DNA of 64,000 nt from the NCBI RefSeq assembly GCF_009914755.1, contig NC_060941.1. One strand, given 5' to 3'. Made by a program: the position numbers and the translations under genes. The notes under the pieces were generated by a model. The model saw only the letters and a list, made by a program, of their open reading frames with translations, did no database searches and was not told where the DNA came from. The stretch comes from the human T2T-CHM13v2.0 reference genome, Homo sapiens. How positions within the stretch are numbered: the first letter of the stretch is position 1; the number at the start of each line of letters is the position of its first letter. Below are positions 16,843 through 37,335 of the stretch, in pieces.

Positions 16843-18075
16843 TCTGTGGGGGGTGAGTGGGGTGAGTGTGGGGGGTGAGTGGGGTGAGTGTGGGGGGTGA
16901 GTGGGGTGAGTGTGGGGAGTGAGTGGGGTGAGTGTGGGGTGAGTGGGGTGAGTGTGGGGGGTGAGTGGGGTGAGTGTGGGGGGTGAGTGGGGTGAGTGTG
17001 GGGGGTGAGTGGGGTGAGTGGGGTGAGTGGGGTGAATGTGGGGTGAGTGGGGTGAGTGTGGGGGGTGAGTGGGGTGATGGGGGTGAGTGGGGTGAGTGTG
17101 GGGGGTGAGCGGGGTGAGTGTGGGGGGTGAGTGGGGTGATGGGGGTGAGTGGGGTGAGTGTGGGGGGTGAGCGGGGTGAGTGTGGGGTGATGGGGTGAGT
17201 GTGGGGGGTGAGGGGGGTGAGTGGGGTGTCTGTGGGGGGTGAGTGGGGTGAGTGTGGGGGGTGAGTGGGGTGAGTGGGGGGTGAGTGGGGTGAGTGGGGG
17301 GTGAGTGGGGTGTCTGGGGGGTGAGTGGGGTGAGTGGGGGGTGAGTGGGGTGAGTGTGGGGGGTGAGTGGGGTGAGTGTGTGGGGTGAGTGGGGTGTCTG
17401 TGGGGGGTGAGTGGGGTGAGTGTGGGGGGTGAGTGGGGTGAGTGGGGGGGTGAGTGGGGTGAGTGTGGGGGGTGAGTGGGGTGTCTGTGGGGGGTGTGGG
17501 GTGAGTGTGTGGGGTGAGTGGGGTGAGTGTGGGGGGTGAGTGGGGTGTCTGGGGGGGGTGAGTGGGGTGAGTGTGGGGGGTGAGTGGGGTGTCTGTGGGG
17601 GGTGAGTGGGGTGAGTGTGGGGTGTGAGTGGGGTGTCTGTGGGGGGTGAGTGGGGTGAGTGGGGGGTGAGGGGGGTGTCTGTGGGGGGTGAGTGGGGGGT
17701 GAGTGGGGTGTGTGTTGGGGGGTGTGTGAGTGGTGTGAATGGGATGTGTGTGTGTTGGGTGTGTGTGAGTGGGGTGTGAGTGGGGTGTGTGTGTTGGGTG
17801 TGTGAGTGGGGGGTGTGTGTGTTGGGGTGTGTGTGTGTTGGATGTGTGTGTATGTGTTGGGGTATGTGAGTTGGTGTGTGAGTGGGGTGTGTGTGTGTTG
17901 GGGGTGTGTGTTGGTGTGTGAGTTGGGGGTGTGTGAGTGGGGTGTGTTGGGTGTGTGTGTGTTGGGTGTGTGCGTGTTGGGTGTGTGTGAGTGGTGTGTG
18001 TGTGTTGGGAGTGTGTGTGGGGTGAGTGGGATGTGTGTGTATGTTGGGGTGTGTGGGAGTGGGGTGTGTGTGTGC
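16843..18075. repeat. G/T-rich minisatellite: (GGGGTGAGT[GT]G)n grading into (GTGTGTGTTGGGG...GTGAGTGG)n
   Basis: Almost no C; dozens of G4-G7 runs on the sense strand. Confidence 0.95.
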
Positions 18076-18529
18076 TTGTGTCATTCCCTTGGAGAATAAT
18101 CCCTTCCAGAGCAGCCAAGGCCACCCCCAAGCCTGGAGCACATGGGATGCGGAAGGTTTGGGTAACTCCCTTTTTATGCCTAATTTGGAACTCTGTCAGA
18201 GTGGGAAAGTGGCAGTACGGATGGTGTTCCTTGAAAACATTGAAGGCAAATGAATAAACCCTTTGCCATCTGGGGCAAACAATAAACCCGCCCAAAGACA
18301 GAGGAAAAGCTAAGAATTGAGTTACTTGGGGGAATAAAATTTTGAAAAGTTTCCATGAATAATGAGGAATCTAGAAAGCCACACAAATGCTCGAGCAGGA
18401 CGCACTCGAAAAAGACCTGAGAAGACCTCAGTGCAGGCTGGAAGGAAGGCTGAGTGTGGGAGGAGTGTCCCAACTCAGGGCCAGTCTACAGAGACTGAGA
18501 GAGTATTATTTTTTCTTTATTTTATTTTA

Positions 18530-20475
<1,946 letters not shown>

Positions 20476-21621
20476 GCCTAAATATACACATATCCACACA
20501 TGAGAGAAGTTCAGAGTGAATACACAGGTGAATGCCGATGGGGTGTCTCTGGTGATGAGTTTACAGGGGCTTTTGCGCATTTTCCCAATCCCACAGGGAG
20601 CCTATTGAATTCTGAAGCTGAGAGCAGTGTATGCGTGAACGGTGCTCTAAGCGCAGACGCCGCATTCTAACCATGGTGAGGAGGGTGCTAGGAGCCAAGG
20701 GAGGCGGCCCCAGAAGCTGAGACAGCGAGCTGCGTGGCCAGCCTCACCCTGCAGTAGAGTCAGGTGGTCAGTCCTCACCTGCAGTCATGGGGTGGGTGGA
20801 GAGGGAAAGGGCGCACAGAGAGGGGCCCGCGCCTGTCCCTTGGCACAGCCATCCTCCACTTGGCCTCTCCTTTGGTGGCCGCTGGTTGCTGACTAACAGG
20901 GTGTCCTTTGTGGATTCTTCCTCTGGAGAGGCTACTGGGCTTGGCTGCTGGGTTGTACTTCCTGTGGTGAGGGAAGAGGAGACTGCCGGAGCCAGGGGTC
21001 ATTTGGGTTGGAGGCATCGGCAGGCCAGGAGGCTGCTGGTGGAGCTTCCTTTCCTCAGCTTCCTGCTGGGCGTCTTGCTGTGAGGTCTCCCGGCGATGCC
21101 CGGTGTGGTGTGGAAGGGAGGTGTCGGATGAGCATGCCCGCTACAGGGCCAGACTGCCCGCCTCCGCCTCTAGGGGCTTGGGAGGCCTGGCCTGGCTGGC
21201 CCTGGGGTGCCCGGGCCTGCCTATACCTTCTGGGTCGGTCTCTGCAGTGCATCTGTGCTCTGAGCACAAGCCAAGGCATTCGTGTGGAGGCCCGGGGCGC
21301 CGGGAGCCTGGTAGGGTGCTGGGAGCTTGGCAGGGTGCCGTGAGCCTGGCAGGGTGCCGCCTCTGGTGTGGGCAGTTCTCCTCTTACGTGGACTTGTCCT
21401 GCACGTCTGCAGGAGCTGCTTCTTCGTCTTCCCACACCCTCCTGCCCATGGGCCCTGGAGGCAGACGGTGCTGGGAAGCTGGTCAGTGCCCACATGTGGG
21501 TGTCCCTGCCTGGGCCTTCCCAAGAGGAGGTGGCCCCTGAGGTGGGGTCTTTGCGAGTCTACTGGAGCTGTGCGTGGGGTGCACAGCCCTGCCCTGTCTG
21601 AAGGGGGTCGTGTTTCAACAG

Positions 21622-21768
21622 GGAGCTACATCAGAGGTTTTGGTAGATGCTGCTGTAGACCTCATATCCGATGAATGGGAAGCTGCTAATGCCATACCCA
21701 GCAAGAGAAGGAAGCAGGATGCAGCCCCGCTTGAGGCCGCCAGCGTGCCTTCTGCAGACTGTGAGCAG
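21622..21768 (+). CDS. RNF213: RNF213 alternative in-frame cassette exon (49 aa) between exons 3 and 4
   Basis: tttcaacag|GGAGCT...GAGCAG|GTAGTC; 147 nt, phase 0-0, matching the flanking exons; GATSEVLVDAAVDLISDEWEAANAIPSKRRKQDAAPLEAASVPSADCEQ. Consistent with the recalled 49-aa difference between the 5207- and 5256-aa isoforms. Confidence 0.8.
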
Positions 21769-22298
21769 GTAGTCCGAGTCAATAGTTTGGGCAGAATGCT
21801 CCCTGCCCTGGTGCATGCTGGCACAGCCCGGCACGGCCACCTCGCACTTCCGGCCCTTGAGTCCCTGCCAGTCGAGGAAGGCTGCCCAGGATGGGCGTTT
21901 TCGGGTCACCCTTGGGCTGTGAAAGAGCAACGCTGATTCAGGCTTGGCTCTTGTGACTCTGAGGATGTTTTGCTAGTGGTGAATTTCAGCTTTATTGTGC
22001 TTGCCCTTCTGGCCCACATCCTTCCACTTGCCTTTTTACTCCGTGCAGCTGTCCCCTTGGACACCTGGAGAAACTTAACCTGGCTGCACTCACCTGGCTA
22101 AAGCTCCACCAGCAACACAGGCTTCACCACAGAGAGCAGCAGGGGAGCCCAAGGGGGCCTAGAGGGCCAGGCCCAGGCAGGTGGGGGCCCGACCCAGCCT
22201 CTGCCTGAACACAAGGTCTTGGATGGCGCTCGCCACGTGGGGGTGTAGTGGAAGCCCTGCTCAGTTTAGTCTCTGGTTTTTGGAAGTTGAAATCCTGA

Positions 22299-22505
<207 letters not shown>

Positions 22506-23898
22506 TAGTAGAGACGGGGTTTCACCATGTTGGCCAGGCTGGTCTCGAACTCCTGGCCTCAAATGATCCACCCATCTCGGCCTTCCAAAATGCTAGGATT
22601 ACAGACGTGAGCCACTGTGCCTGCCCCAAATCCTGACTTTTTCTATAGCATTTAGGAGTATTACAGGACTCACTAATAATATCAAAAATGAAATTAGGTA
22701 ACACATGTAATGAAAGGACTTTTGCTTTTGGGGAAAAGCAAGGGAGCTTCATACCTTGAAGAGTGATGCTTGTGAAGTTTATTACTTTTTTGCAGAGGGC
22801 GACGGCCTCCCTGCCTTCCCCGCACCGCGCTCCCCCCAGCCCCTGCCCATCGAGATGGTCATGTGTTCATTGAACGGAGACTTACCGAGCATCCACCACG
22901 CCTAGGTCTTAAGTGTAGGCAGAAGCCTTCAAGGCAGGCATGCTCTTTCCTCTGTGGGCTGGGGCTTGGCCGTGAGCCCACTCCTGCAGCTCTTGGGAAA
23001 TGCAGGCAGCGTCCACACGGGGCTGGACTTAGCCAGACCTAAGGCACAGTGTGGGTGGAGAGCTCATTCACAATAGCAACAAAAATGTGAGAAGGAACTT
23101 GTAAAATAAAGGATGGATTCATAGGTCATGCGAGGAGAAGAAGGCTCGGGCTCAGCAGACAGTGAAGTCCGTGGAGAGGTGGGCCCTTCCCCAGAGAGAA
23201 CATGGAAGGTTTAGCACTGCAGAGATGTCTGCTGTCACCCAGAATGACACGGGAACTTAACCAACTAATTAATGTATAACAGTAGTATAGCTCTGAATGG
23301 GTTTGGTGGGTTTTGTTTTTGTTTGTTTTGAGGCAGGGTCTCGCCCTGGGTCCCAGGCTGGAGCGCAGTGGCAAAATCATAGCTCACTGCAGCCTTGACT
23401 TCCTGGGCTCAAGCAATCCTCGTGCCTCAGCCTCCCGAGTAGCTGGGACTACAGGCGTGCACCACCACACCCAATTAATTTTTAAAATTTTTGGTAGAGA
23501 TGGGGTCTTGCTGTGTTACCCACGCTGGTCTCAAACTCCTGGGCTCAAGCAATTCTCCCGCCCCAGCCTCCCAAAGTGCAGGGATTACAGGCATAAACCA
23601 CCACCCTAGCCTCGTTTTGTATTTTTGGAAGTTGACAGATTTTAAACTATAAATTGGTGAGGATACTTAACAGATGTGAGGAGGAGAAATGGATGGGAGA
23701 TTTATAGTAAAGCTGTCAACGTACACGGGTGGAAACATTCCCACGGAGTAACAGAGGCGCGACCTGGGGATGCGCACGGAGCATGAGATGTGAGCTGGAG
23801 TTAGGGCACTGCATATGCGGACCGGAGCGTGTTGGTCAGGGTGTATACACGGGTGTGGAAAGTGGGGTGTCTAGACCATGGGCTCAGCATTTGGGTAA

Positions 23899-25075
23899 AA
23901 CACACACACTCCACTCACCCCAGTCACACACACCCCCCGCCACACATACCCCACTCACACATACCCCACTCACACCACTCACACACACCCCCACACCCCA
24001 CTCACACCACTCACACACACCCCCACACATACCCTCCACACACACATACCCCACTCACACCACTCACACACACCCCCACACACACCCCCCTCACACACAC
24101 CTCAACACACACACCCCACTCACACCACTCACACTCCCCCCCACACACATACCCTCCACACACACATACCCCACTCACACCACTCACACACGCCCCCACA
24201 CACACACACCCCACTCACACACACCTCAACACACACACACACCCCACTCACACCACTTACACACCCCCAAGACAAACACCCCATTCACACCACTCACACA
24301 CCCTGCAACATACACCCCACTCACAACACTCACACACCCCCCAACATACATACACCCCACTCACACACACACCCCAACACACACATGCCCCACTCATACC
24401 ACTCACACACCCCCCAAGACAAACGCCCCACTCACACCACTCACACACTGCCAACACACACACCCCACTCACCCCACTCACACCCAACACACACACACAC
24501 CCCACTCACCCCCAACACACACACACCACTCACACCACTCACACACCCCCAACATACATATCCCACTCACCCCACTCACACACACCCAACACACACACAC
24601 ACCCCACTCACCCCCAACACATACAAATCCCACTCACACCACTCACACACACATACCCCACTCACACACACCCCAACACACACATACACCCCACTCACAC
24701 ACATACCCCAACACACACACATATCCCACTCACACCACTCACCCCCAACATACACCCCACTCACCCCACTCACACACACCCAACACACACACACACCCCA
24801 CTCACCCCCAACACACACACATCCGACTCACACCACTCACACACCCCAACACACATACCCCACTCACACACACACCCCAACACACACACACCCCTCTCAT
24901 CCCACTCACACATACCCAACACACACACAGCCCACTCACACGACTCACACACCCCCCAACACACACAGCCAACTCACACCACTCACACACACCCCCAACA
25001 CACACTCCCCACTCACCCCACTCACACACACCCCAACATACGCAAGTCCCACTCACACCCATCTCATACTCACAC
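23899..25075. repeat. C/A-rich minisatellite (CACACACCCCAACACAC...CCCCACTCACACCACT)n
   Basis: Almost no G; its motifs are the reverse complement of those at 17700-18075. Confidence 0.95.
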
Positions 25076-25084
25076 TGAAACACA

Positions 25085-25968
<884 letters not shown>

Positions 25969-26156
25969 TAGCCAGGATGGTCTGGATCTCCTGACCTCGT
26001 GATCCACCCGCCTCGGTCTCCCAAAGTGCTGGGATTACAGGCGTGAGCCACTGCACCCGGCCTGTTATTACTATTTTTCAAGGCAGAGTGTTGCTCTGTC
26101 TCCCAGGCTGGAGTGCAGTGGTGCAATCTTGGCTCACTGCAACCTCTGCCTCCTAG

Positions 26157-26375
<219 letters not shown>

Positions 26376-27644
26376 TAATGTAAAACAGCATCCTAAAAGC
26401 TCTAGAAAATGTAGGGGGATATTTATAAAATTATGTAAATACTTCTAAGCCTCACCCCCCGTAAAATTATAAATACCGCTATGGTTATGTAGTTCGAGAT
26501 TCTGGGTCAAAGAAGACTATGAAACTGTTCAATGGAAAAGCAGACAGCAGGAGGCACTGGCAGCACAGGGCGCCTACCAGGGCACTCGGCCAGTCCTCAC
26601 CGAGAAGTAAGTGGTCCCTAACTCAGGGCCAGGTGGCAGTTCACACGGGAAGAGCTGAGGGGGTGAGCCTGGGGCTGCTGCTCCGAGGTGTCAGCCCTGC
26701 AGGTGTGATGATGTCAGATGGTTGGTTTTGTTTCTATTGAAAAGAGGTTCTGGGATGGCGGCTTGAGGGCAGTGGTCTTCCAGGAACTGGATCACGGTCC
26801 CTCCAAGGGTCTCTCCTGCAGTTGCGTCTGCGCTTACTGCAGTCTTTCCACAGCCCCGTGTTGTGGGCAGAGGGAGTGAGGCCAGGCCTGGCTCCTGCCT
26901 CCAGCCTCCCCGGGCTCTGCCCAACCTCCGTGTGCTGCTGCTGCTGTTTCTTCCTGGCTGGCCACTCCCCTCCTGCAAGGCAGGCCCTGGGGAGGGGTGC
27001 TGGCAGCTGTTCCTAAGGTCTGAGCCCTTTGCTACATCAAGGAAAGAAGCGGTAGGGGGCCTGCATCTTCCATGCTGGTGGGAGGTGGGGGGTGGTCAGG
27101 GGCCTGCCTCAGTGGGCTCCTCCTGTTCCGGGCTGTGACTCGGCGGTCCAGAGCCTGAGGATTCTCCGTCTATTTCTGCCAGAGCCTGATTATGTCATCG
27201 AAGCTGCTAGAGCATCCATGACCTTGGCTTATTTTCAACTTTCATAATTAGGGAAAAACTTAATTTGAGGTTTGATTATTTTAACCATTAGAAATCTTTG
27301 GGTAATGGCCAGGCACAGTGGCTCACACCTGTAATCACAGCACTTTGGGAGGCCGAGGTGGGTGGATCACCTGAGGTCAGGAGTTCAAGACTAGCTGGCC
27401 AACATGGTGAAACCCCATCTGTACTAAAAATATGAAAATTACGGCCGGGCACAGTAGCTCACGCCTGGAATCCCAGCACTTTGGGAGGCCGAGGCGGGTG
27501 GATCACCTGAGGTCAGTTCAAGACCAGCCTGGCCAACATGGTGAAACCCCATCTGTACAAAAATACAAAAAAAAAAAAATTAGCCGGGCATGATGGCAGG
27601 TGCCTGTAATCCCAGCTACTTGGGAGGCTGAGGCAGGATAATCA

Positions 27645-28094
<450 letters not shown>

Positions 28095-31000
28095 TCATCA
28101 GCTGTTTCCCGTTACTCCCTCGTGCCACACAGTGGCTTCCCCTGTGATCCACCTGCTACTCTGTCCTTCAGGGGACAAGACAGCGCCTCCTCTGGTGATT
28201 GATTCCTCTGGAGAGAGGAAGCGCTTCCTCAAATCTCATTGGCTCTGATTGGCTCACAGGCCAATCCCCCAGTGGGTCCCTATGGCCAGGATGATAGACA
28301 TCAGTGGTTGACACCAGCCCACGCACAAGAGCTGCCCTTGGGGCTAGAGTAAGGCTGATATTACTCAAACCATGCAGCCGATAACAGGGAGAGCCAAGGG
28401 ACCATTCCCCAGGATGGGCCATCCAGCGCTGTCACCAGGTGGCCACAAACACCTGCTGTGTGTGGACAGTGACCATGACCACAGCATCACTGATGGGGGC
28501 CTTGCGTGTACCAGGCAGTGTCCTACAACTCTCCGTGTGCTTTGTCCCATTTGGTCACCCTCAGTGATGCTCTGATGTGGACACATCTGCTGTCTCCACT
28601 TTAAAGATGGGGAAACTGAGGCCCACGGTGGCTCAGTGACCCACCTGGGGTTGCCCAGCCATTGTAGCATGGGGTGAGCTGGATGGGAACTCAGGCAGGC
28701 CCTCTAAACCCAGCCCAGACGCCACTGCATGGCAGCCCCGGAGGTACCAGGCAGCTGGCCGGGCAGGGACGGCGTCATCGCCTCTCCGAGGGGAGGCTGT
28801 CTTCAGGGCTGGGACCCCACCTGCCAGGTCTCCTCAGCACACTGAGGACGATGGGTGCCTGCAGTGAAGGGTTGTGCAGCACCTGCCTGTTTCTTGACGG
28901 CCTCTTGCTTCCCCCTCTCAGCAGGTCCCCCGGCAGCTGACCAGCCTGTCATTCAGAGGCTGATACCTGCTGATGACGCCACTCTACAGTGCTGGGCCCC
29001 AGCCCCAGACTCTTCTTCTGCAGCTGCTTCTGCAGTTGCTTTTTTTTTTTTTTTGAGATGGAGTCTTGCTCTATTGCTCAGGCTGGAGTGCAGTTGCGTA
29101 ATATCGGCTGACCGCAGCCTCTGCCTCCCGGGTTCAAGCAATTCTCCTGCTTCAGCCTCCCAAGTAGCTGGGATTGCAGGTGCCTGCCACCACGCCCAGC
29201 TAATTTTTTGTGTTTTTAGTAGAGATGGGGGGGATCTCACCATGTTGGCCAGGCTGGTGGCGAACTCCTGACCTCCAGTGATCCGCCTGCCTCGGCCTCC
29301 CAAAGTGCTAGGATTACAGGCCTGAGCCACCGCACCTGACCTATTGTTTTATTTTTGAGATGGAGTCTCACTCTGTCGCCCAGGCTGGAGTGCAGTGGCC
29401 AGATCTCAGTGAGGCCCTGTTTTAGAGTCAGCCTGCGCTGGGAGTGAGTCTCCTCTGTCCACACCCAAACGCACCAAGTGTGCCATTTCAGCAGTGGTGC
29501 TTGCTCCCTGGAATGGGACCAGGTGCTCTCAGCGGTGTGGTGGGTTGGTGGCCTGGGGTTGGTGTCGGACGCAGGCCGGTGTTGGACGCAGGCCGAGCGG
29601 GAGGCTGGAGCCAAGCTGTGGCCTGGGGAGATGTTATGGGTCGGAGGGTCGGGGGGTGGGGGCGCCTCCTGTGCTTTGTGTACACTGAGCATGGGTTTCC
29701 TCTGAATTTAAAAAGGAGGAGAAAATCGGAATTTCTGGCCCTGGTTCTGGCAGGAAGTGTGGCCATGTGTGATAGAGAAGGGGTTGCAGTGTCGGCCTGG
29801 CCTCCTGGAAGCCCTGGGATGCAGCCCTGTCCAGCTGCGGCCTCGTCATGCCCTGGGTGGGTGGGAACGCAGCCTCCTCCTTGGGCCACACAGGGGCCGA
29901 CCGTCAGCCGAGGGGCTCCTGAAGTGGCAGTGATGGGATCCTGTGGCGCTTCCTCATCCCCTTGTTACCAGTTGCTGAGGAGAGGGTGGATTAGCCCCTG
30001 GGCTGCACCTCAGTGTGTGCAGGTCTTCCCAGGTATGTGGGTGCAGGAGGTGGGGGGCGTGGAGTGGGCACAGGTTCACACCTGCTGCCTGGCAGTTTGG
30101 GGCCCTCATCACACACCACCAGGTTTCAGGGGATCTACAAGTCACTTTCCTGTACTGACCTGATCCACACGCACCCCTGAGTACTGCCCCCTGGGAGATG
30201 CCTGTGGGGTCCCAGGGTCCTGGCAGCCTCCTCCCACCAGCCGCAGTCCTGGTTCCAAAATGGGGACCGTACACCTGAACCTGGATGTGCCTTTGAGCCT
30301 GGCTGTGCCTGCTGAGGGTGCGGTGGGAGCTGCTACTCATTTTTTAGTCTCATCCTTCTCATTTCAAATTTTATGTACGAAATATTTTTATAGAGGTGCA
30401 TAAAACGTGGAAAGCCTGTGTGTGCTTTCTAATGTTCAAAACCAGGCCAGGCACGGTGGCTCACGCGTGTAATCCCACACTTTGGGAGGCCAAGATGGGA
30501 GGATTGCCTGAGCCTAGGTGTTGGAGACCAGCCTGAGCAACATGGGAGACTCTGCCTCTACAGAGCATTTTTTAAAACCAGCTGGGAATGGTGGTTCGCG
30601 CCTGTAATCCCAGGACCTTGGGAGGCCGAGATGGGCAGATTGCCTGAGCCTGAGATTTCAAAACCAGCTTGGGCAACATGGTGAAACCCCGTTTCTACAA
30701 AAAACAAACCAACAAAAAATTAGCTGGGCGTAGTGATGCTCACCTATAGTCTCAGCTACTCAAGAGGTTGATGGGGGAGGATCACTTGAGCCCAGGAGGT
30801 CAAGGCTACAGTGAGCTGGGTTTGCACCCTGCACTCCATCCTGGGCGACAGAGGGAGACCTTGTCTCAAATAAATAAATAAATACAAATCCATCTCAGTG
30901 GATGTCCAATAAGCAGTGAGCCCGTGTGAGGGTCTCAGCCCGGCCGTGACCGTGCCGAGTGTGGCGAGCGCTTCAAGGCCACTTGCCCCGACCCTGCCCA

Positions 31001-31180
31001 CCCCCCACTTTTGTTTCTTAATTTCATTCTTTCCAGGAAATTGCAGATTTAACAGATGTTAGGTACTTTGGTCGAGCCAAGCTTGATGTAGTTGAGGAAC
31101 GGAAGAGAAAGTTGGAGGGAAACACGGGCTAGAGTAGAGTAAATCTAAGAAATAAAGTGAGTGTCTCTCTTTCTGTTTAG

Positions 31181-31765
<585 letters not shown>

Positions 31766-31941
31766 TGAGCCCTCGGCACCTGGGCTCTGCTGCAAGGTGC
31801 TGGCGTTGCTTCCCTGCCGGGGGGAGGGGCGTCCTCTGGGCCCTGCTCCCTGGGTGGGAGTCGGAGGGCTGCCCCTCCACTGGGGATGCCAGCCCACCCT
31901 GTCCCTCGGCTTGTGGCAGATGCTGCCCCTTAAACCATTGA

Positions 31942-32406
<465 letters not shown>

Positions 32407-32441
32407 TGAGGGATGGTCCCCGGAGGTGTCTGGGAAGGTCA

Positions 32442-33204
<763 letters not shown>

Positions 33205-33653
33205 TAGGGATGCCCCCGCAGGGGAGCAAAGGAGACCCTGCCTGAGAGCCCGGCACACCCTCTCCCTGCACAACTCTCAGGGGATATCCAGGCTGCCCTT
33301 CTAGTCAGCTGTTTTGGCAAGTTTAACTTTGGGGGAAAAGGGGACCACTTAGGAGGTGGAGGGGGGTGGGCACCTGTGCCAGTTTCTTGTTTCCTAATAG
33401 CCCCTGGGGTCCTGGAGCCAGCGTGGGCCTTTGGGAACTCAGGAGAGGGGCTGTTCTGGCCCAGACACCTGCTGGTGCCTCCCGCCACTGTCCCCAGCAC
33501 TTCAGAGGTGGGCAGGGAGTGGCCACCTCTTCTTCCTCCATTTTGGAGGCAGTGAAGAGAGACCTCCATGGGGGGTGGTGTGTCACACGTGGACGTGCTT
33601 GCATGTTTGCTAGGGTGTGATAATGTGCATTACGAACACAAGGACCATGTGCC

Positions 33654-34095
<442 letters not shown>

Positions 34096-34993
34096 TGAGC
34101 GTGTCTGTAGGCTTGGGAGGAATCCCTCAGGGAAGGCATAGGATGCCCAGCCTGTGACACGTAGTTTAAAAAAATTTTGTTTTTTTTTTTTCTGAGACGG
34201 AGTCTTGCTGTGTCACCCAGGCTGGAGTGTGGTGGCACCATCTCAGCTCACTGCAGCCTCCGCCTCCTGGGTTCAAGCGATTCTCATGCCTCAGCTCCCA
34301 AGTAGCTGGGACTACAGGTGTGTACCACCACGCCTGGCTAATTTTTGTATTTTTAGTAGAGACGGAGTTTCTACTAAATGCTGGCTAGGCTAGTCTCAAA
34401 CTCCTGACCTCAGGTGATCCGCCCGCCTAGGCCTCCCAAAGTGCTGGGATTACAGGCATGAGCCACTGCGCCCAGCCTTTAAATAATTTTTATCCAGTGA
34501 GTTGATGACATTCTTCGGGTTCTGGAAGATGAATATTTCAGACAGCTCTTCCTGGCCATGCATTTTGGTGTCATATTCCATCATGGACCTTTTTCTTTTT
34601 AAAAGTATTCTTTCTTTCTTTCTTATAATTTTTTTTTTTTTTTTTAGAGAGGGGATCTTGCTCTGTTGCCTAGGCTGGAGTGCAATCATGACTCACTGCA
34701 GCCTCAATCTCCTGGGCCATCATGCCCAGCTTTGTTTATCTGAGACAGAGTCTTGCTCTGTCACCCAGGCTGGAGTGCAGTGGTGGGATCACAGGTCAAT
34801 GCAGCCTTGACCTCCTGGACTCAAGAAGTCCTCCCGCCTCAGCCTCCCATGGTGTTGGGATTTCAGGCATGGGCCACTGAACCCAGCCTTGCCACATCAA
34901 CTTATAGCTTTGCACTCCATGCTACGTTTGAGAATAACTAAAATTTCCGGGGTAGGAATTTTGGATAGCCAACCGTATCCTGTTCATTCACAG

Positions 34994-35193
34994 AGACTTG
35001 GGTCATGACCGCGTTCTTGTTGAAGGCATTGTCTGCATTTCCAAGAAGCACCTAGATAAATACATTCCTTACAAGTACGTCATTTATAATGGGGAATCTT
35101 TTGAGTATGAGTTCATTTACAAGCACCAGCAGAAGAAGGGCGAGTACGTCAACCGCTGTCTGTTCATAAAATCTTCACTTCTGGGCTCAGGAG
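34994..35193 (+). CDS. RNF213: RNF213 exon 8
   Basis: cacag|AGACTT...GGAG|GTAAGT; 200 nt; DLGHDRV...IPYKYVI...SSLLGSG. Confidence 0.96.
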
Positions 35194-35382
35194 GTAAGTC
35201 GTGGCAGCAGGCTGTCTGCTCACCCCTCCGGAGTGCAGGTGCCAATCCCGCGGTACTGGACGCGTCTCTCTGGAGAGCACAGACTTTGCCTGGGCAGTGA
35301 GGTCCTCTTTGCTCTGCATTGACCCCGCCCCAGCCTCCAGGTTCAGTGACACTGACTCTGGGTTGTGTCTCTGGTTGGTTAA

Positions 35383-35670
<288 letters not shown>

Positions 35671-36393
35671 TGATCTGCCCTCCTCGACCTCCCGAAGTGT
35701 TGGGATTACAGGTGTAAGCCACTATGCCCAGCCAGAAAGGATTTTTAATTAAGGGAAAGGAGAGAAAACGAAGCCAGAAGAAGGGCTGCGGCTGGGAACA
35801 GAGGGGCAGCAAAGGCCTGGGAGCTGGGTCAGGGACAAGTGCAGTGACCAGGAGGCCACTGGGACTTGTCCCTTCTCTAGAGATTTTCAGATGGTTGACT
35901 GGAGATGACATCCAGAGCCCCGTCTGCAGGCTCCTGCTGGCTGTCATCCTCAGCACATCAGCCCCTCTGCCCATCTGTCAATAGACGCGGGCGCTTCCCT
36001 TCTCGCAGAGCCCTCTGCGCCCCTTCATGCCTCTCTCGGGGGTCCCCCACCTGGGTTCTCTGTCTGCAAACTTGACAGACAGAGATCAAGACTTGACTGT
36101 GTTGATCACCTGGACTCCCAGTGCCGCCTCCTCACCTGGGGGGTCCTGGGCTTCCCCTCGCTCCCCCTCCCTGCACAGTGACCCTGAAACTCAAGGAAGT
36201 GAGCTGGGGTCAACTGGTTGTTGCTTTCCCTTGGCAACCAGGGCCTCCCTGCCCCCTGGTGTCCGGTGTCTTGGAAACAGTTGTTTTACTGTTTATGTTG
36301 TTCATGTGTTGTTTTAGGCAGATACAGAAGAATGTAAATTTAGTCCCTGTCACTCCACCTTGGACAAAGACAGAAGTCCTAAGAACTTTATAG

Positions 36394-36525
<132 letters not shown>

Positions 36526-36970
36526 TGATCCTCCCCCTCAGCCCCCCCAAGTAGCTGGGCCTACAGGCGTGTGTCACCATGTCTGGCAAATTTTTCATAT
36601 ATTTTTTTTGGAGAGACTGGTCTTGCTGTGTTGCCCAGTCTGGTCTCGAACTCCTGGGCTCAAGCAATCCGCCCATCTTGGCCTCCCAAAGTGCTGGGAT
36701 TAAGACGTGAGCCACTGTGCCCAGCCAAACATGATTTTTACTAGCTAGAGAGTGTACTCTGAGAACATAAGCTTTGAAAGAATAGGCATTAGTCCGGTAA
36801 TTCCATATATAAATACATTTAAATATGGAATTCTATATATATAAATATGGAATTCCTGCTCTGATAAATGCCATGGCATTGATGGCTCGGTTAAAAGGGC
36901 ACGTGGTGGCTGGGCGTGGTGGCTCACGCCTGTAATCCCAGCATTTTGGGAGGCCGAGGCGGGCGGATCA

Positions 36971-37335
<365 letters not shown>

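Noticed and set aside
28230-28270. Cluster of three CCAAT/ATTGG boxes in intron 3
   Set aside because: Context resembles a decayed MaLR/LTR fragment; no CpG island or downstream exon to support a promoter.
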